A DNA stretch of 64,000 nucleotides from Candidatus Thorarchaeota archaeon (GTDB taxonomy: Archaea; Asgardarchaeota; Thorarchaeia; Thorarchaeales; Thorarchaeaceae): NCBI GenBank assembly GCA_048884965.1, contig JBHLQH010000011.1, positions 1-64,000 on the forward strand. Direction: 5' to 3'. A program made the position numbers and the translations under genes. Numbering within the stretch: the stretch's first letter is position 1; each line of letters begins with the position of its first letter. Below, piece by piece: positions 37,687 to 47,537 of this stretch. The notes beneath the pieces are model-generated. The model searched no databases. It saw nothing but the letters and a program-made list of their open reading frames with translations, and was not told where the DNA came from.

Positions 37687-38448
37687 ATGAACATCAGTGC
37701 GATTCTCTTTGACCTAAATGATACGCTTACTACTACGAAGGATTCTGTGCTAAACACTATTCGTAAAATCTGCTATAGTAATGGGGTAGACTTGAACTGT
37801 TACTCGGACGAACAGCTTGAACAGGCTTTTCAGCGATCTAATGCCGTTATGATGGAATATGTAGTTGCAAACAATGTACTACCTTCATGGGGCGAGAGCG
37901 AAGAGAGTTGGTTGCCGTTTGATAGGATAATGTTTGAGGAACTTGATATTAATGACCTGACGGATGCAACAATTCTTAGTATCGAACGTGATTTCAAACA
38001 TATAACACGTGACACGGACTGGGAATTCTTTACTGAAGATGCATTGTACGCCCTTAGGACCTTGAATGCTATGGGATTCAAAATGGGCATATGCACTAGG
38101 CGATCGGACAATCCTATTGGCTTGCTAGAGCGTAACAACCTCGATCATATTTTTGGGTCAATTCAATGGTCTGGAGTTCCTGGGTATGCAAAACCAAGCC
38201 CATATACATTATTACAGGCTGCAAGAGAACTAGAGATCAATCCCCATCATTGTTTCTTTGTTGGCAACTACGTGAATGCTGATGTTGAAGCTGCGATCAG
38301 ATGCGAGATGCAACCTGTTCTTCTGACATGGGCTAATCCAGATGAGGCTGAAAAGGCTCCTGATAGTTGCATAGTACTCGATAAGCCCTTTGATTTAGTG
38401 AAATGGATTCAGAATCAGGGTGAATCTTCTAGGGCATCAGGGATTTGA
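37687..38448 (+). CDS. HAD-superfamily hydrolase
   Basis: FDLNDTL, ICT, AKPSP, FVGN...DVEAA. Confidence 0.85.
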   Translation: MNISAILFDLNDTLTTTKDSVLNTIRKICYSNGVDLNCYSDEQLEQAFQRSNAVMMEYVVANNVLPSWGESEESWLPFDRIMFEELDINDLTDATILSIERDFKHITRDTDWEFFTEDALYALRTLNAMGFKMGICTRRSDNPIGLLERNNLDHIFGSIQWSGVPGYAKPSPYTLLQAARELEINPHHCFFVGNYVNADVEAAIRCEMQPVLLTWANPDEAEKAPDSCIVLDKPFDLVKWIQNQGESSRASGI

Positions 38449-39719
38449 TGCTCAGGATTAGGAATATCAACCGCTTTGAGGAATGGAATTCTGGACTTGA
38501 TTGATTTCAAGAATGTAGAGAGCAATCTCACAGGAAGTACACCGAATCCAAACAGAATACGAAGTGTCTTGCTCTTCATTGTCCCACGTTCAGGGTATCC
38601 GATGTAGGATAGAGTATGCTCCTGTAGAATGTCCTGAAGAGCAACAGCAAAAGCTTCTTTCACCACGTCGGAGAGTCCCAAGCCTTGGAACACATCACTC
38701 TCACTATATTCTTGCTTATCCATGACACTCTTCCATTTGATATATTTCGCTTTTTCAATGATATCTGAGAGTGCATAAACTAGTTCGCCAAGATATGGTA
38801 ACAGAGTTCTCTCAACAATTGTGGGCGTTGGCTCTGCGAAGAATTCATTGTAGATGATCTTTGCTGGCTCTAGTCCCCTGACCGGAGGTACAAACCACAA
38901 GATGTGAAGTAATCCTTCGATCTTCTTCAGGAGATGTTTCCTTCTCTCTTCTAGGTGATCCGGTATCTTGTTTACAATTGCTTCCTTCGCCTTAGAGATA
39001 GAGCTCATTTGAAGCTCTTTCCATTTTCTTTCCAGCTCAACAACTGACTTTGCATATCTGCTGAACTTGAAGTCAAGCGCACCTTCAAGGTCCTCCGCTG
39101 TCAAAACAACAATCTCGTTTGTATTGTATGAGAGTCCCCCTGAAGCCATTTCCCAAAGACGCTGATTCATATCAAGTGGATGTCTGCATTCTCGCGGTAT
39201 CTCCAATCGCATCGCATGGTCTCCGGGTTGTGCGACTAGACAACAATGTGCTAGAATATCCTCGACTGACTCGAACATGGTAAGCTCTGTTGGCAGAAGG
39301 TCCATGGCACCATGTCCTGTCGTAGACCAACTGAGCATCCTACCAGTTGCAGTATCCCTTTCAATAATGATCCGTTCCTTATCTCCGAGATGGTCAAACT
39401 TGTTGGTGAATCCTTTGCTATACGCCATGATTCCGTAAAGGACATACCTCTCCTTTGTTTGTGAGAATCCTGGCATCTTCAAAATAATGCCAACGGTGTC
39501 AAGTGGCTCCCCATCTGCAAGCCAAGCTCCAGTAGTTTGATCCCATTCCCATCTGTCGCCCAGTTGATAGAACACGTCTCGCAGGGATCTGAGATCTTGA
39601 GCCTCTTTCGCTTTTCGTAGTGTTTCTGATTCCCACTTCTCATAGTCCTTTCTCATTTTGAACATGCTTTTTTTTTCCAGTTCGAGCCATTTCGACTCAA
39701 CTTTCAATTTGACCTTCAT
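38415..39719 (-). CDS. Hypothetical protein with Vps62/NPP1-like His motifs and helical C-terminus
   Basis: Long clean ORF; DHLGDKE...TTGHG...PGDHA. Confidence 0.6.
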   Translation of the reverse strand: MKVKLKVESKWLELEKKSMFKMRKDYEKWESETLRKAKEAQDLRSLRDVFYQLGDRWEWDQTTGAWLADGEPLDTVGIILKMPGFSQTKERYVLYGIMAYSKGFTNKFDHLGDKERIIIERDTATGRMLSWSTTGHGAMDLLPTELTMFESVEDILAHCCLVAQPGDHAMRLEIPRECRHPLDMNQRLWEMASGGLSYNTNEIVVLTAEDLEGALDFKFSRYAKSVVELERKWKELQMSSISKAKEAIVNKIPDHLEERRKHLLKKIEGLLHILWFVPPVRGLEPAKIIYNEFFAEPTPTIVERTLLPYLGELVYALSDIIEKAKYIKWKSVMDKQEYSESDVFQGLGLSDVVKEAFAVALQDILQEHTLSYIGYPERGTMKSKTLRILFGFGVLPVRLLSTFLKSIKSRIPFLKAVDIPNPEHQIPDALEDSP

Positions 39720-39820
39720 ACGATAATCACATTCGTAACTATGAATATTCATGGAGGAGTGCTATCATCCCTGTGACTCACTTCATTTGGAACCACTTAT
39801 GGATATCGCTCGTAGAACGT

Positions 39821-40900
39821 CTATATCATGCTCTCTGATATAATAGTAAGCAATCTCTGCGCAGTATCACGAAGATATGCTGGCTCTTCAGGAGACTGAA
39901 TGAAAGTCTTTCTCTCTCTAAGATTTATCTGGGCGCCAAGAAATGACAGCGCAATGTGATTCTCATCTTCCATATCAAGATGCCAATCGGTAAGATTCAA
40001 ATCTTGAATTCTCTGATAAATGGATTCAAGATCTCGCTTCTTCGCACGAATTGAGAACCTTTCCTTCTCCGCTGAAGGAATTCCAACATAATACGCAAAT
40101 GTGAGTGTATCTGAAGTATTTAGATAGATGACAAAATCGTACAGCACCATCTTGCTGTTCTTTGTCTTCCAAATGACTTTCTGTATAGCATCCTTCTCGT
40201 AGGATGCTAGGAAAGAGATTCTTGATTGCACATAATACTCCAAGTGAGCGAGGTCATCCTCGAAATATCCGTTGACCAAACCCCTATGACCATAATAGTA
40301 TGTCAGGAAGCAAACTCCTCCCAACACGATTGCGGAGGGTATACAGAAAACCGAATTCCACCCAAATGTGAGCGATATCAATGCACTGATCATAGTCCAA
40401 ACAGTGATGATAAACCAAGCAACATCATTCACGTCATCAGCAGTTTTCGTGTCAGCTTCTTTGATTGATTTGCTGAATCCCTCAAAGATACGTTTCATAT
40501 CTGAATTATGCGTTTCCTTTTCTTCGATACGCCATCCGTTCTTTAACATTGAAGGGTCCTGCAAAGTTAGCTTTGCTTTCGCACGTCGCCCAAGGTTGTT
40601 TGCATACCTTGATGCAGGTAGGCCGATGGCTAGCTGCGTCACTACAAATACAAGTCCCGTAATGATATCATCTCCCAGAGCACAGATAAGTGACAACAGG
40701 AATCCATATGCCACAAAAAGAGGGAGGCTTGACACAAGCACTTTCTGGTCGTATTCGTGTACGTCTGACCAGTCAATTACAAGTTGCTTGGATGTAGCCA
40801 ACGTTAGCCCTCGGACCAATTGAAAACTTGCTAATTTGCGAGCTAACTCCTGATAATTAATCTTGTGAAACCCTTTTACGATATTCTCATTGGATGTCAA
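39821..40900 (-). CDS. Hypothetical membrane protein (two TM hairpins plus soluble C-terminal domain)
   Basis: Four hydrophobic segments; the start overlaps the upstream stop. Confidence 0.7.
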   Translation of the reverse strand: MTSNENIVKGFHKINYQELARKLASFQLVRGLTLATSKQLVIDWSDVHEYDQKVLVSSLPLFVAYGFLLSLICALGDDIITGLVFVVTQLAIGLPASRYANNLGRRAKAKLTLQDPSMLKNGWRIEEKETHNSDMKRIFEGFSKSIKEADTKTADDVNDVAWFIITVWTMISALISLTFGWNSVFCIPSAIVLGGVCFLTYYYGHRGLVNGYFEDDLAHLEYYVQSRISFLASYEKDAIQKVIWKTKNSKMVLYDFVIYLNTSDTLTFAYYVGIPSAEKERFSIRAKKRDLESIYQRIQDLNLTDWHLDMEDENHIALSFLGAQINLRERKTFIQSPEEPAYLRDTAQRLLTIISESMI

Positions 40901-41307
40901 TCGATAAAGAAGATATCTCCCTGATTCTCATGAGCAAATATCCTGATGTGCATGCCATTTTCAAGCACATGAATTGCGTCACTGACCTTCACAATTGCTA
41001 TTGTCATTCTGTGATAAGCGGCTGCTGCAAGCTCGCTAACGGAGTCTCCAAATTCAGCTACGATTGCTGAAACTTTGCTCATTAACAAGTCGAGGTCTCC
41101 TGGATTATTCATGAAATGACTCTCTAGATCCTGGTGAAGAATCGGAATTTCATCAGATTCCCAATCCCGACTCAAATCGCCTATATCACATACCAGAAAC
41201 ACCCTTCCAGTGAATTCACCTGCTTCTCCTACAGATTCTCCCCTTAATATTGGGAATACTGGAGATTCGTTAGGTAGATTTGTATCATCAGGCGACACTC
41301 GAAACAC
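40897..41307 (-). CDS. Stand-alone PEP-utilising-enzyme mobile (swivelling) domain lacking the phospho-His
   Basis: G...G....GRV, AIVAEFGDSVSELAAAA, AIVKVSDA...LENG. Confidence 0.65.
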   Translation of the reverse strand: MFRVSPDDTNLPNESPVFPILRGESVGEAGEFTGRVFLVCDIGDLSRDWESDEIPILHQDLESHFMNNPGDLDLLMSKVSAIVAEFGDSVSELAAAAYHRMTIAIVKVSDAIHVLENGMHIRIFAHENQGDIFFID

Positions 41308-41441
41308 CTCTAGGTTACTTGGTCCTACTGTCTTAATGCATTTTCCTGCCTTTAATATTTCGGGGGATGTTCGATTTGAGCAGAATTTTCATCTAAGGAC
41401 ATGCTAATATTGATTCCTTCTGCAATGTACTCGTGATTATC

Positions 41442-41969
41442 ATGGCAGTATATGAGTTTGAAGGTCGAGTTCCAATTATCGGGAAGAATACATACGTAAG
41501 TCACACTGCTTCTGTAATCGGCAAAGTGATAATTGGAGATGAATGTTACATAGCTCCGGGTGCCGTCGTAAAAGGTGATTATGGCGAAATCATCGTTGGG
41601 AATGGTACCAGTATCCAAGATAACGTGATTATCCATGCAAGACCCGGTGAACGTACTGATATTGGCAGCAATGTTACATTAGGGCATGGTTGCATTGTTC
41701 ATAATGCCACTATTGAGGATGAAGCTGTGATTGGGATGGGTGCAATCGTGTCTGATTATTCAATAGTAAGAAGATGGGCGATTGTAGGAGAAGGTGCTGT
41801 TGTAAGGTCAAAATTCGAAGTACCTGAGGAACGGATTGTAGTTGGAATTCCTGCGAAAATAATTGGTGAAGTTCAAGATTACCACAAGGAAGAGCTTGCA
41901 AATTTTAAAAGAATCTACCAAGACCTAGCCCGACGCTATCCGAAAGGACTGACCAAAATATTGGATTGA
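41442..41969 (+). CDS. Gamma carbonic anhydrase family hexapeptide-repeat protein
   Basis: VIGKVIIG, VKGD, SIQDNVIIH, TLGHGCIVH, GIPAK. Confidence 0.9.
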   Translation: MAVYEFEGRVPIIGKNTYVSHTASVIGKVIIGDECYIAPGAVVKGDYGEIIVGNGTSIQDNVIIHARPGERTDIGSNVTLGHGCIVHNATIEDEAVIGMGAIVSDYSIVRRWAIVGEGAVVRSKFEVPEERIVVGIPAKIIGEVQDYHKEELANFKRIYQDLARRYPKGLTKILD

Positions 41970-41980
41970 AAAAAGTGGAT

Positions 41981-42000
41981 GAAGGGACCGGAGTCCCTTC
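41981..42000. terminator. Hairpin between convergent genes
   Basis: GAAGGGAC-CGGA-GTCCCTTC; the adjacent A-tract gives a T-tract on the minus strand. Confidence 0.65.
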
Positions 42001-42005
42001 TGCTT

Positions 42006-42761
42006 CTAAACCAGAGAAACAAGTTTGTCTCTGTTGAATCTAGATAGAGCCAGAGCCCATGCTACTGCGAAAATGGCGACAGCAATCAGAAGAGTAATTA
42101 TGTTTGTAAGCCAAACTAGTGACTGATCTGTCATCCCTGTTTCGTCAATGCTAAACAATGGCATCATCATCGGAAGGATGAACACGATGACGACCGCACT
42201 TGTCGTTTGATATGCTTCATAGACCCTCGTTACTCTACCGCTTATCAATATCATGACGGCGACTAAAGCGAAGATGGTTATTGGGACTGCTGTAAATAGA
42301 AGAAAGAGGCCTGGGATGTCAGGAATTAGCATCAATGGATAGCCTATAGCAAGCAGACCAATGTTTACACCTATCATGGTTATCGCAACACTAGCCACAA
42401 GAACGATTAGACTTGGAATAGCTGAGCTCAATGTCTTACCCCAGAGCAGTTGCTTGTCTGTGAGAGGTGTGCAAAGTAGGGGTTCCAAAGTGTTCTGCTC
42501 TCGTTCTCCTACTAACGCGTTTGCTGAAATCATCGTTGTTGGAATGAGGGCAAAGATAGCTAGCATTGATGCAACCATGGGAAATAGGAAGCCCATCAGC
42601 TCGGTCATGACATCGACTGGAGTGACCAATGCCAAACCCAGAACCATGATAATATTCAATGCTGGTCCAAATGCCGCAGCCATAGCCAACCCATACTTGA
42701 CTAGTCTAACCGTCAGGGCATTCTTGATGTCCCAGAGGGCAACGATCATTGATTTATTCAT
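42006..42761 (-). CDS. ABC-2 type transporter permease
   Basis: LVGEREQNTLEPLLCTPLT..QLLWGK; about 6 TM. Confidence 0.88.
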   Translation of the reverse strand: MNKSMIVALWDIKNALTVRLVKYGLAMAAAFGPALNIIMVLGLALVTPVDVMTELMGFLFPMVASMLAIFALIPTTMISANALVGEREQNTLEPLLCTPLTDKQLLWGKTLSSAIPSLIVLVASVAITMIGVNIGLLAIGYPLMLIPDIPGLFLLFTAVPITIFALVAVMILISGRVTRVYEAYQTTSAVVIVFILPMMMPLFSIDETGMTDQSLVWLTNIITLLIAVAIFAVAWALALSRFNRDKLVSLV

Positions 42762-43711
42762 GCCTTTGCACCTCCCTTAATGACCTCTAAATAGAGGTCT
42801 TCCAATGTGGCTTCTTCTTCAGCAAATTCGATGACATTCACTCCTCCATCGATAAGTGATTTCAGAAGTTTGACATTGTTTTTAGTGGGGTTCTCAATCT
42901 CGATAAGAATTGTATCCACATCAACCTCACATTTCTTGATGAAATTCTGGGTTTTCACTATTGTCTCAGCAGCAGAGATATCTCCAATGACGAGTATTCG
43001 ATACTGCTGTTGTGCATGTAGCTTCGTACGCAATTCCTCAGTCTTTCCGTACATGAGGATCCTTCCTTCATCGATAATCGCAATTCTATCACACATCCGT
43101 TGCACCTCAGGTAGATTGTGTGAATTAATGAAGACCGTTTGCTTATACTCCTTCGATAGGTTCAGGATTAGCTCACGAACCCTTTTAGAAGCGATTGGGT
43201 CCAGTGCGCTAGTAGGCTCATCCAATAATAGGATGGATGGCCTGTGAAGGAGCGCTCTACACAATGCCAAACGCTGACGATTGCCTGTGCTAAGCTCTCC
43301 CGCCTTGTCATCTTTCCGGTCCCATAAATCCATGAACTCCAGAAGTTCTTTCACTCGCTTTTCTATCTCTTCTTCCGGAACTCCGTAGAGTCTAGCAAAA
43401 TAGACTAAATTATCATAAGCAGTCATTGATGGATATAATGTATGATTGGATTCCTCTGGAAGCACTCCTGTTGTTTCCCGAACTGCTACAGGCTCCTCAC
43501 GAATATCATGACCTGCAACTATAGCTGTTCCCTTTGTTGGCTTCAGGAGGGTGCTCAACAATCTGGTAGTAGTGCTCTTCCCAGCTCCGTTCGGTCCGAG
43601 TAGCCCAAAGATTGTGCCTTCAGGTATCTCCAAGGACATATCATTTACCGCAACAAGCTCTCCAAAATTCTTAGTAAGATTCTGAATTTTAACGTCTTCC
43701 AATTTTGCCAC
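42758..43711 (-). CDS. ABC transporter ATP-binding protein
   Basis: GPNGAGKST, LSTGNRQR, LLLDEPT, NSH. Confidence 0.93.
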   Translation of the reverse strand: MAKLEDVKIQNLTKNFGELVAVNDMSLEIPEGTIFGLLGPNGAGKSTTTRLLSTLLKPTKGTAIVAGHDIREEPVAVRETTGVLPEESNHTLYPSMTAYDNLVYFARLYGVPEEEIEKRVKELLEFMDLWDRKDDKAGELSTGNRQRLALCRALLHRPSILLLDEPTSALDPIASKRVRELILNLSKEYKQTVFINSHNLPEVQRMCDRIAIIDEGRILMYGKTEELRTKLHAQQQYRILVIGDISAAETIVKTQNFIKKCEVDVDTILIEIENPTKNNVKLLKSLIDGGVNVIEFAEEEATLEDLYLEVIKGGAKA

Positions 43712-43813
43712 CTTCTTTCAAACTGAATTCACTATTCGTGTAGTGTGGAGAAGTTGTGCCTACATATGCGTATCTGTCTAAAAAGGTAGACGGAAATTGC
43801 ACAAGTCTGGTGG

Positions 43814-44065
43814 CTATGTTGAGATCATCTTCTCGACAACTGCAGTTGTTGTTTCTTCGATTCCAACTATTTTATGAACACGTCTCACTGTGATATCGTA
43901 CAATGCCTCCAAGCTTTCGACTTCAACTAAGGCAACGACATCAAACTCACCAGTTGTCACGGCGACTCTTATGAGCTCGTCAATCTTTCTTAGTTCATCT
44001 AATACTTGATCAGTATGTCCCATTTGAATTCGCATCAGGATATATGCCATAACTCTTTCACTCAT
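43814..44065 (-). CDS. Stand-alone Lrp/AsnC ligand-binding (RAM) domain
   Basis: AYILM...V.TGEFDVVALVE...I.GIEETTT. Confidence 0.85.
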   Translation of the reverse strand: MSERVMAYILMRIQMGHTDQVLDELRKIDELIRVAVTTGEFDVVALVEVESLEALYDITVRRVHKIVGIEETTTAVVEKMIST

Positions 44066-44081
44066 TCACTGCACCTCTTAT

Positions 44082-45350
44082 TTACACATAGTCTCTCAAC
44101 ACTACCATAGTTTCAATACTTTTCACTTCCGGAATAGCCTGTATCTTCTTCAAGATATTTTCCCTGGTCTTCCCCAGACTCCGGCTCTTAATTGATAGCA
44201 AGTAATCATGGCTCCCTGCAAGAGCTGCTGCTGATTCAACACCCTTGATGTCGAAGAACACAGGCAGCAAATCCCCTGTCAGTTGCTTTACGTTGATGAT
44301 AACAATTGATCTGACATCAGAAGCTTGTAGTGAGATCACTCCAATCATCACGAGGATAACTCCAAATATCTTCAAAATCCAAAGGAACATATCCGTGCTT
44401 ATTGTTCCAAAAGCTCCCGGTACGATAGCATTCCCTATCAATGTCATTGGGATTCCTAGGACTACTGAAATTGCTGATAGTGAGTTCACAATTGACATCG
44501 CTCCTTTCCCCAGTGCTCTAACATAGAATACGAGAGCTAGGAATGTTGCCAGTGACGATCCCACCATGAACCAGAAGAATGGGCCAATAAAGATCATCAT
44601 CAACTCTATTGCATTTGCTGGTAGCAGGGGAATCATCATGACACTCATTATTGTATTAAGCACGAGAAGAGTCCAAATACGCATATTCAATGAGTCGACT
44701 TTCAGCCCCGGCTTTATTTCGTATCGCTTGGTTTTTCTCTGATAGTATGTCACTAATGATGATGAGATGTTCATTGGCACCAGCACAATAATGAGTGTTG
44801 GAATATCAAATCCACCCGGCTCAACACCTACAAGAAGCACACCAATGAGGATGGAGATGATACATTGCAACTCTATTATCGTGGGAGTGTCTTTCTCCGA
44901 CCAGAGGTCTCCTATTAGAAGATAGATTATCACAAGCTGCCCGTAAGGAAGAACAGCTGAAGCATCTGTATATCCTACGATGAAGTAGTAGAAGAAAGTA
45001 GAAATTCCCGCAAAGATACCCGCAACAACCAAGTACATCATAGGTTTCTTTGGTAACAGGCTAATTCGTCCGAAATCAGGGTCAAGACTATACCCAAGTG
45101 CTTGCTTCTTCGTACCATTTCTTGAAACTCGTACACTCAAGAGAACAACAACTGTGAATGTAACAGCAAAACTGACCCATTGAGAGAGGAATCCGTATAT
45201 TATTGGTTCATTCGCAATGGTGTTCAATGCTACTAGATCGAATCCCACAGAGAAGGTTCGAAACATCCCTGAACCAAGAGCAAGGAGATAGAAGATTGTA
45301 GCTGCTCCCCGTTTACTTACGGGTCTCTGATTCTGACTACTCATTCTCAA
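44082..45350 (-). CDS. EamA/DMT-family transporter fused to a C-terminal Lrp/AsnC (RAM) domain
   Basis: About 10 TM in two repeats (DASAVLPY..., ALGKGAMSIVNSL); C-terminal IKGVE...AGSHDYLL...KIQAIPEVKSIET. Confidence 0.75.
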   Translation of the reverse strand: MRMSSQNQRPVSKRGAATIFYLLALGSGMFRTFSVGFDLVALNTIANEPIIYGFLSQWVSFAVTFTVVVLLSVRVSRNGTKKQALGYSLDPDFGRISLLPKKPMMYLVVAGIFAGISTFFYYFIVGYTDASAVLPYGQLVIIYLLIGDLWSEKDTPTIIELQCIISILIGVLLVGVEPGGFDIPTLIIVLVPMNISSSLVTYYQRKTKRYEIKPGLKVDSLNMRIWTLLVLNTIMSVMMIPLLPANAIELMMIFIGPFFWFMVGSSLATFLALVFYVRALGKGAMSIVNSLSAISVVLGIPMTLIGNAIVPGAFGTISTDMFLWILKIFGVILVMIGVISLQASDVRSIVIINVKQLTGDLLPVFFDIKGVESAAALAGSHDYLLSIKSRSLGKTRENILKKIQAIPEVKSIETMVVLRDYV

Positions 45351-45374
45351 ACTTCCCCCTTAGCAGGGATATGC

Positions 45375-45400
45375 TAGAGAGGGATTGTTCCCCCTCTCTA
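45375..45400 (-). terminator. Hairpin downstream of the coiled-coil gene
   Basis: TAGAGAGGG-N8-CCCTCTCTA. Confidence 0.5.
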
Positions 45401-45419
45401 AAACTTATCATCCTAGAAT

Positions 45420-46400
45420 TCATTCTTCTGAATCCGAATCCATAATTGTGTCTTCTTCAGATTCATCCTGAGCTTCTTTCTTGCGAGGTTCTTTCTCATC
45501 ATCTGAGATATTTCTTCTAGCAAGAATGAACTCATCGAAAGTCAAACGCTTTCCAGACTTGAGCTTGTCAACAGCTGCATCAACACGCTCCTGCTCATGC
45601 TCCTTCTGTCGGTATCGCTTCTCAGTACGCTCTAGATCCTTGTTCTCAGAAACATGCTTTCTAATTTTGCCTTGAATATCATCGATCTGAGTTCTAATCG
45701 TCTTGAGACTTCCTTCTCCGTCCTTTACTTTCTTCAGCCATTCAACAAAATTCTGATGAGCTGTATCTGCGCTCTTTTTGTACTCTTCTAGCTGAGGTCT
45801 TATTCGCACAACTTCTTGATGATGTACTTGTGACTGTTCGGATAGTTCGAGAACTTTCTGGTGAATATCAGTTGCTTCCGATTTGAGCTTGCGTGCCAAT
45901 CTCCTTAGTTCCATGATGCGGTCTTGTTTTTCTTTCTCTTGACCTATTTTGACTAGCTTTTCCTCTATCTTCGCAATCTCTTCAACAATACTTCTTTCCT
46001 CATCGATTGACAATTGCTCCGTTTGTTGACGCCATTCAAGCTCTTCAACTCGCCGCAACATCCGTCGTTGGTCACTAGAAGGACTTCCAACAACCGTTCC
46101 TCGAAGGTCACGAATTTCATCATAGACGCTCTTGAGTTGAGCGTGAATTGCTGCACGCCTGTCCTTTGCGTCAGTGATGTCTTTATTGATCACGTCACGA
46201 GCTTCTCTTTCTGCCTTCACAGACTCGATTAAAGCACGAACTTCTTTGTTATGTTCGTCTCTAATTCGTTTGTACTCACGCATTTGATCGCGATCTCGTC
46301 TCAATACTTCCAGATCATTTCTGGCCTGTGTCTTGAGTTCTCTTAGCTTGGTGCGAAGGAACTCTACATTCTCCACTGTTGTTTCAGTCGCCTCTGTCAA
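45420..46400 (-). CDS. Conserved archaeal coiled-coil protein (COG1340-like)
   Basis: RDEHN..V, LEWRQQTE.LS.DEER..VEEI, SQ.HH, AD.AH, KLKSGKRLTFDE. Confidence 0.8.
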   Translation of the reverse strand: MTEATETTVENVEFLRTKLRELKTQARNDLEVLRRDRDQMREYKRIRDEHNKEVRALIESVKAEREARDVINKDITDAKDRRAAIHAQLKSVYDEIRDLRGTVVGSPSSDQRRMLRRVEELEWRQQTEQLSIDEERSIVEEIAKIEEKLVKIGQEKEKQDRIMELRRLARKLKSEATDIHQKVLELSEQSQVHHQEVVRIRPQLEEYKKSADTAHQNFVEWLKKVKDGEGSLKTIRTQIDDIQGKIRKHVSENKDLERTEKRYRQKEHEQERVDAAVDKLKSGKRLTFDEFILARRNISDDEKEPRKKEAQDESEEDTIMDSDSEE

Positions 46401-46551
46401 AATCTTACGACCTCAGAATTTCGTTTTACGAGCCCTGGGTTACAGGACGGATTCCGTATGCGAATATGTCATGGACGTATTACGTCCATCGACTATCCTT
46501 TGCCTTCGTGTCAGTCTTAAAAATATTCTCATTCGACGTATAAATTTCTGC

Positions 46552-47445
46552 CTATTTTTCTACCAAAACGGTTGCTATCCGCTCAGATATGTCAAAATCA
46601 GTTACTTTTTGAAGACCTGTCCATCCTGGAGTTGCATTGACTTCTAATACCCATATCTTGCCATCCATGTCTGGGATAAGATCAACTCCGACTAGTTTTC
46701 CATTGACTGCTGATGCTGCCTTCTTCGCCAGATCAGTTACATCTATCCTGTTCTTTCGAGGGATCCCGCCTGCGTGGATATTACTTAGGACGCCATCCGT
46801 ACTAACCCGTTGCATAGTAGATATCACCTCCCCCTTGAGGACCAAAGCTCTAATGTCATATCCAGGATTCCTGACAAATTCCTGAAGTAGGTATGCTCCC
46901 TTCCCAAATATCTGGCTGTGGAACTTTAGATAATCATAAACATTTTCCAAATCGAACTCCTTGTTGATGAGCTGCACTCCTTCTCCTCCAAAGCCAGTAA
47001 TAGGTTTCAGGATACACGGAAAATTATCCTGTATGAATTTTGCTGCATCCTCTATTGATTCGGTGATTAGCGTCTTTGGCACAGGTAAAGATGATGATAC
47101 GAGTTTGCGCATTGTTTCTGCCTTATTTCTCATTTGCAATATTGAGTTGACCGAATTGATTACCTCTACTCCCATCTCAGCTAGTGCTGATAGAAGGCCA
47201 ACTCTATTGAAGAACGCACCAATATCATTCGCACCAAGATCTAGAACTAGAAGAATGTCAAGCTCCCGTAAATCTCTCCCGTTTATGGAGATTCTATGGT
47301 AGCTTGTCGCTCCTTCTCTAGCAACCTTCCATGGGATAACTCGAATAGCTTCCACTCCTAGGTTCTGAAAGGCTGACTCTAATTTATCAACTCTTGAGGA
47401 CCATGGATCAGAGGAGAATAGTCCGACTTGAGATACTTGTTTCAT
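46552..47445 (-). CDS. RimK/LysX-family ATP-grasp ligase
   Basis: IN....RNK, LPVPKT, LKP..GFGG.GV, QEFV..PGYDIR, NIHAGG, GVDL, LEVN.TPGW. Confidence 0.87.
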   Translation of the reverse strand: MKQVSQVGLFSSDPWSSRVDKLESAFQNLGVEAIRVIPWKVAREGATSYHRISINGRDLRELDILLVLDLGANDIGAFFNRVGLLSALAEMGVEVINSVNSILQMRNKAETMRKLVSSSLPVPKTLITESIEDAAKFIQDNFPCILKPITGFGGEGVQLINKEFDLENVYDYLKFHSQIFGKGAYLLQEFVRNPGYDIRALVLKGEVISTMQRVSTDGVLSNIHAGGIPRKNRIDVTDLAKKAASAVNGKLVGVDLIPDMDGKIWVLEVNATPGWTGLQKVTDFDISERIATVLVEK

Positions 47446-47537
47446 TGTTGGAACGACTCTGCCTGCACTATCCACTTTCCGCTTTTATCCATAACGAGTT
47501 GCTTTTATTCATCAAAGCATGTTCCATCATGTTAACA

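Noticed and set aside
39668-39676. Homopolymer T9 (A9 on the coding strand) as a phase-variation site
   Set aside because: It is in frame in an intact ORF, and a single sequence gives no evidence of slippage.
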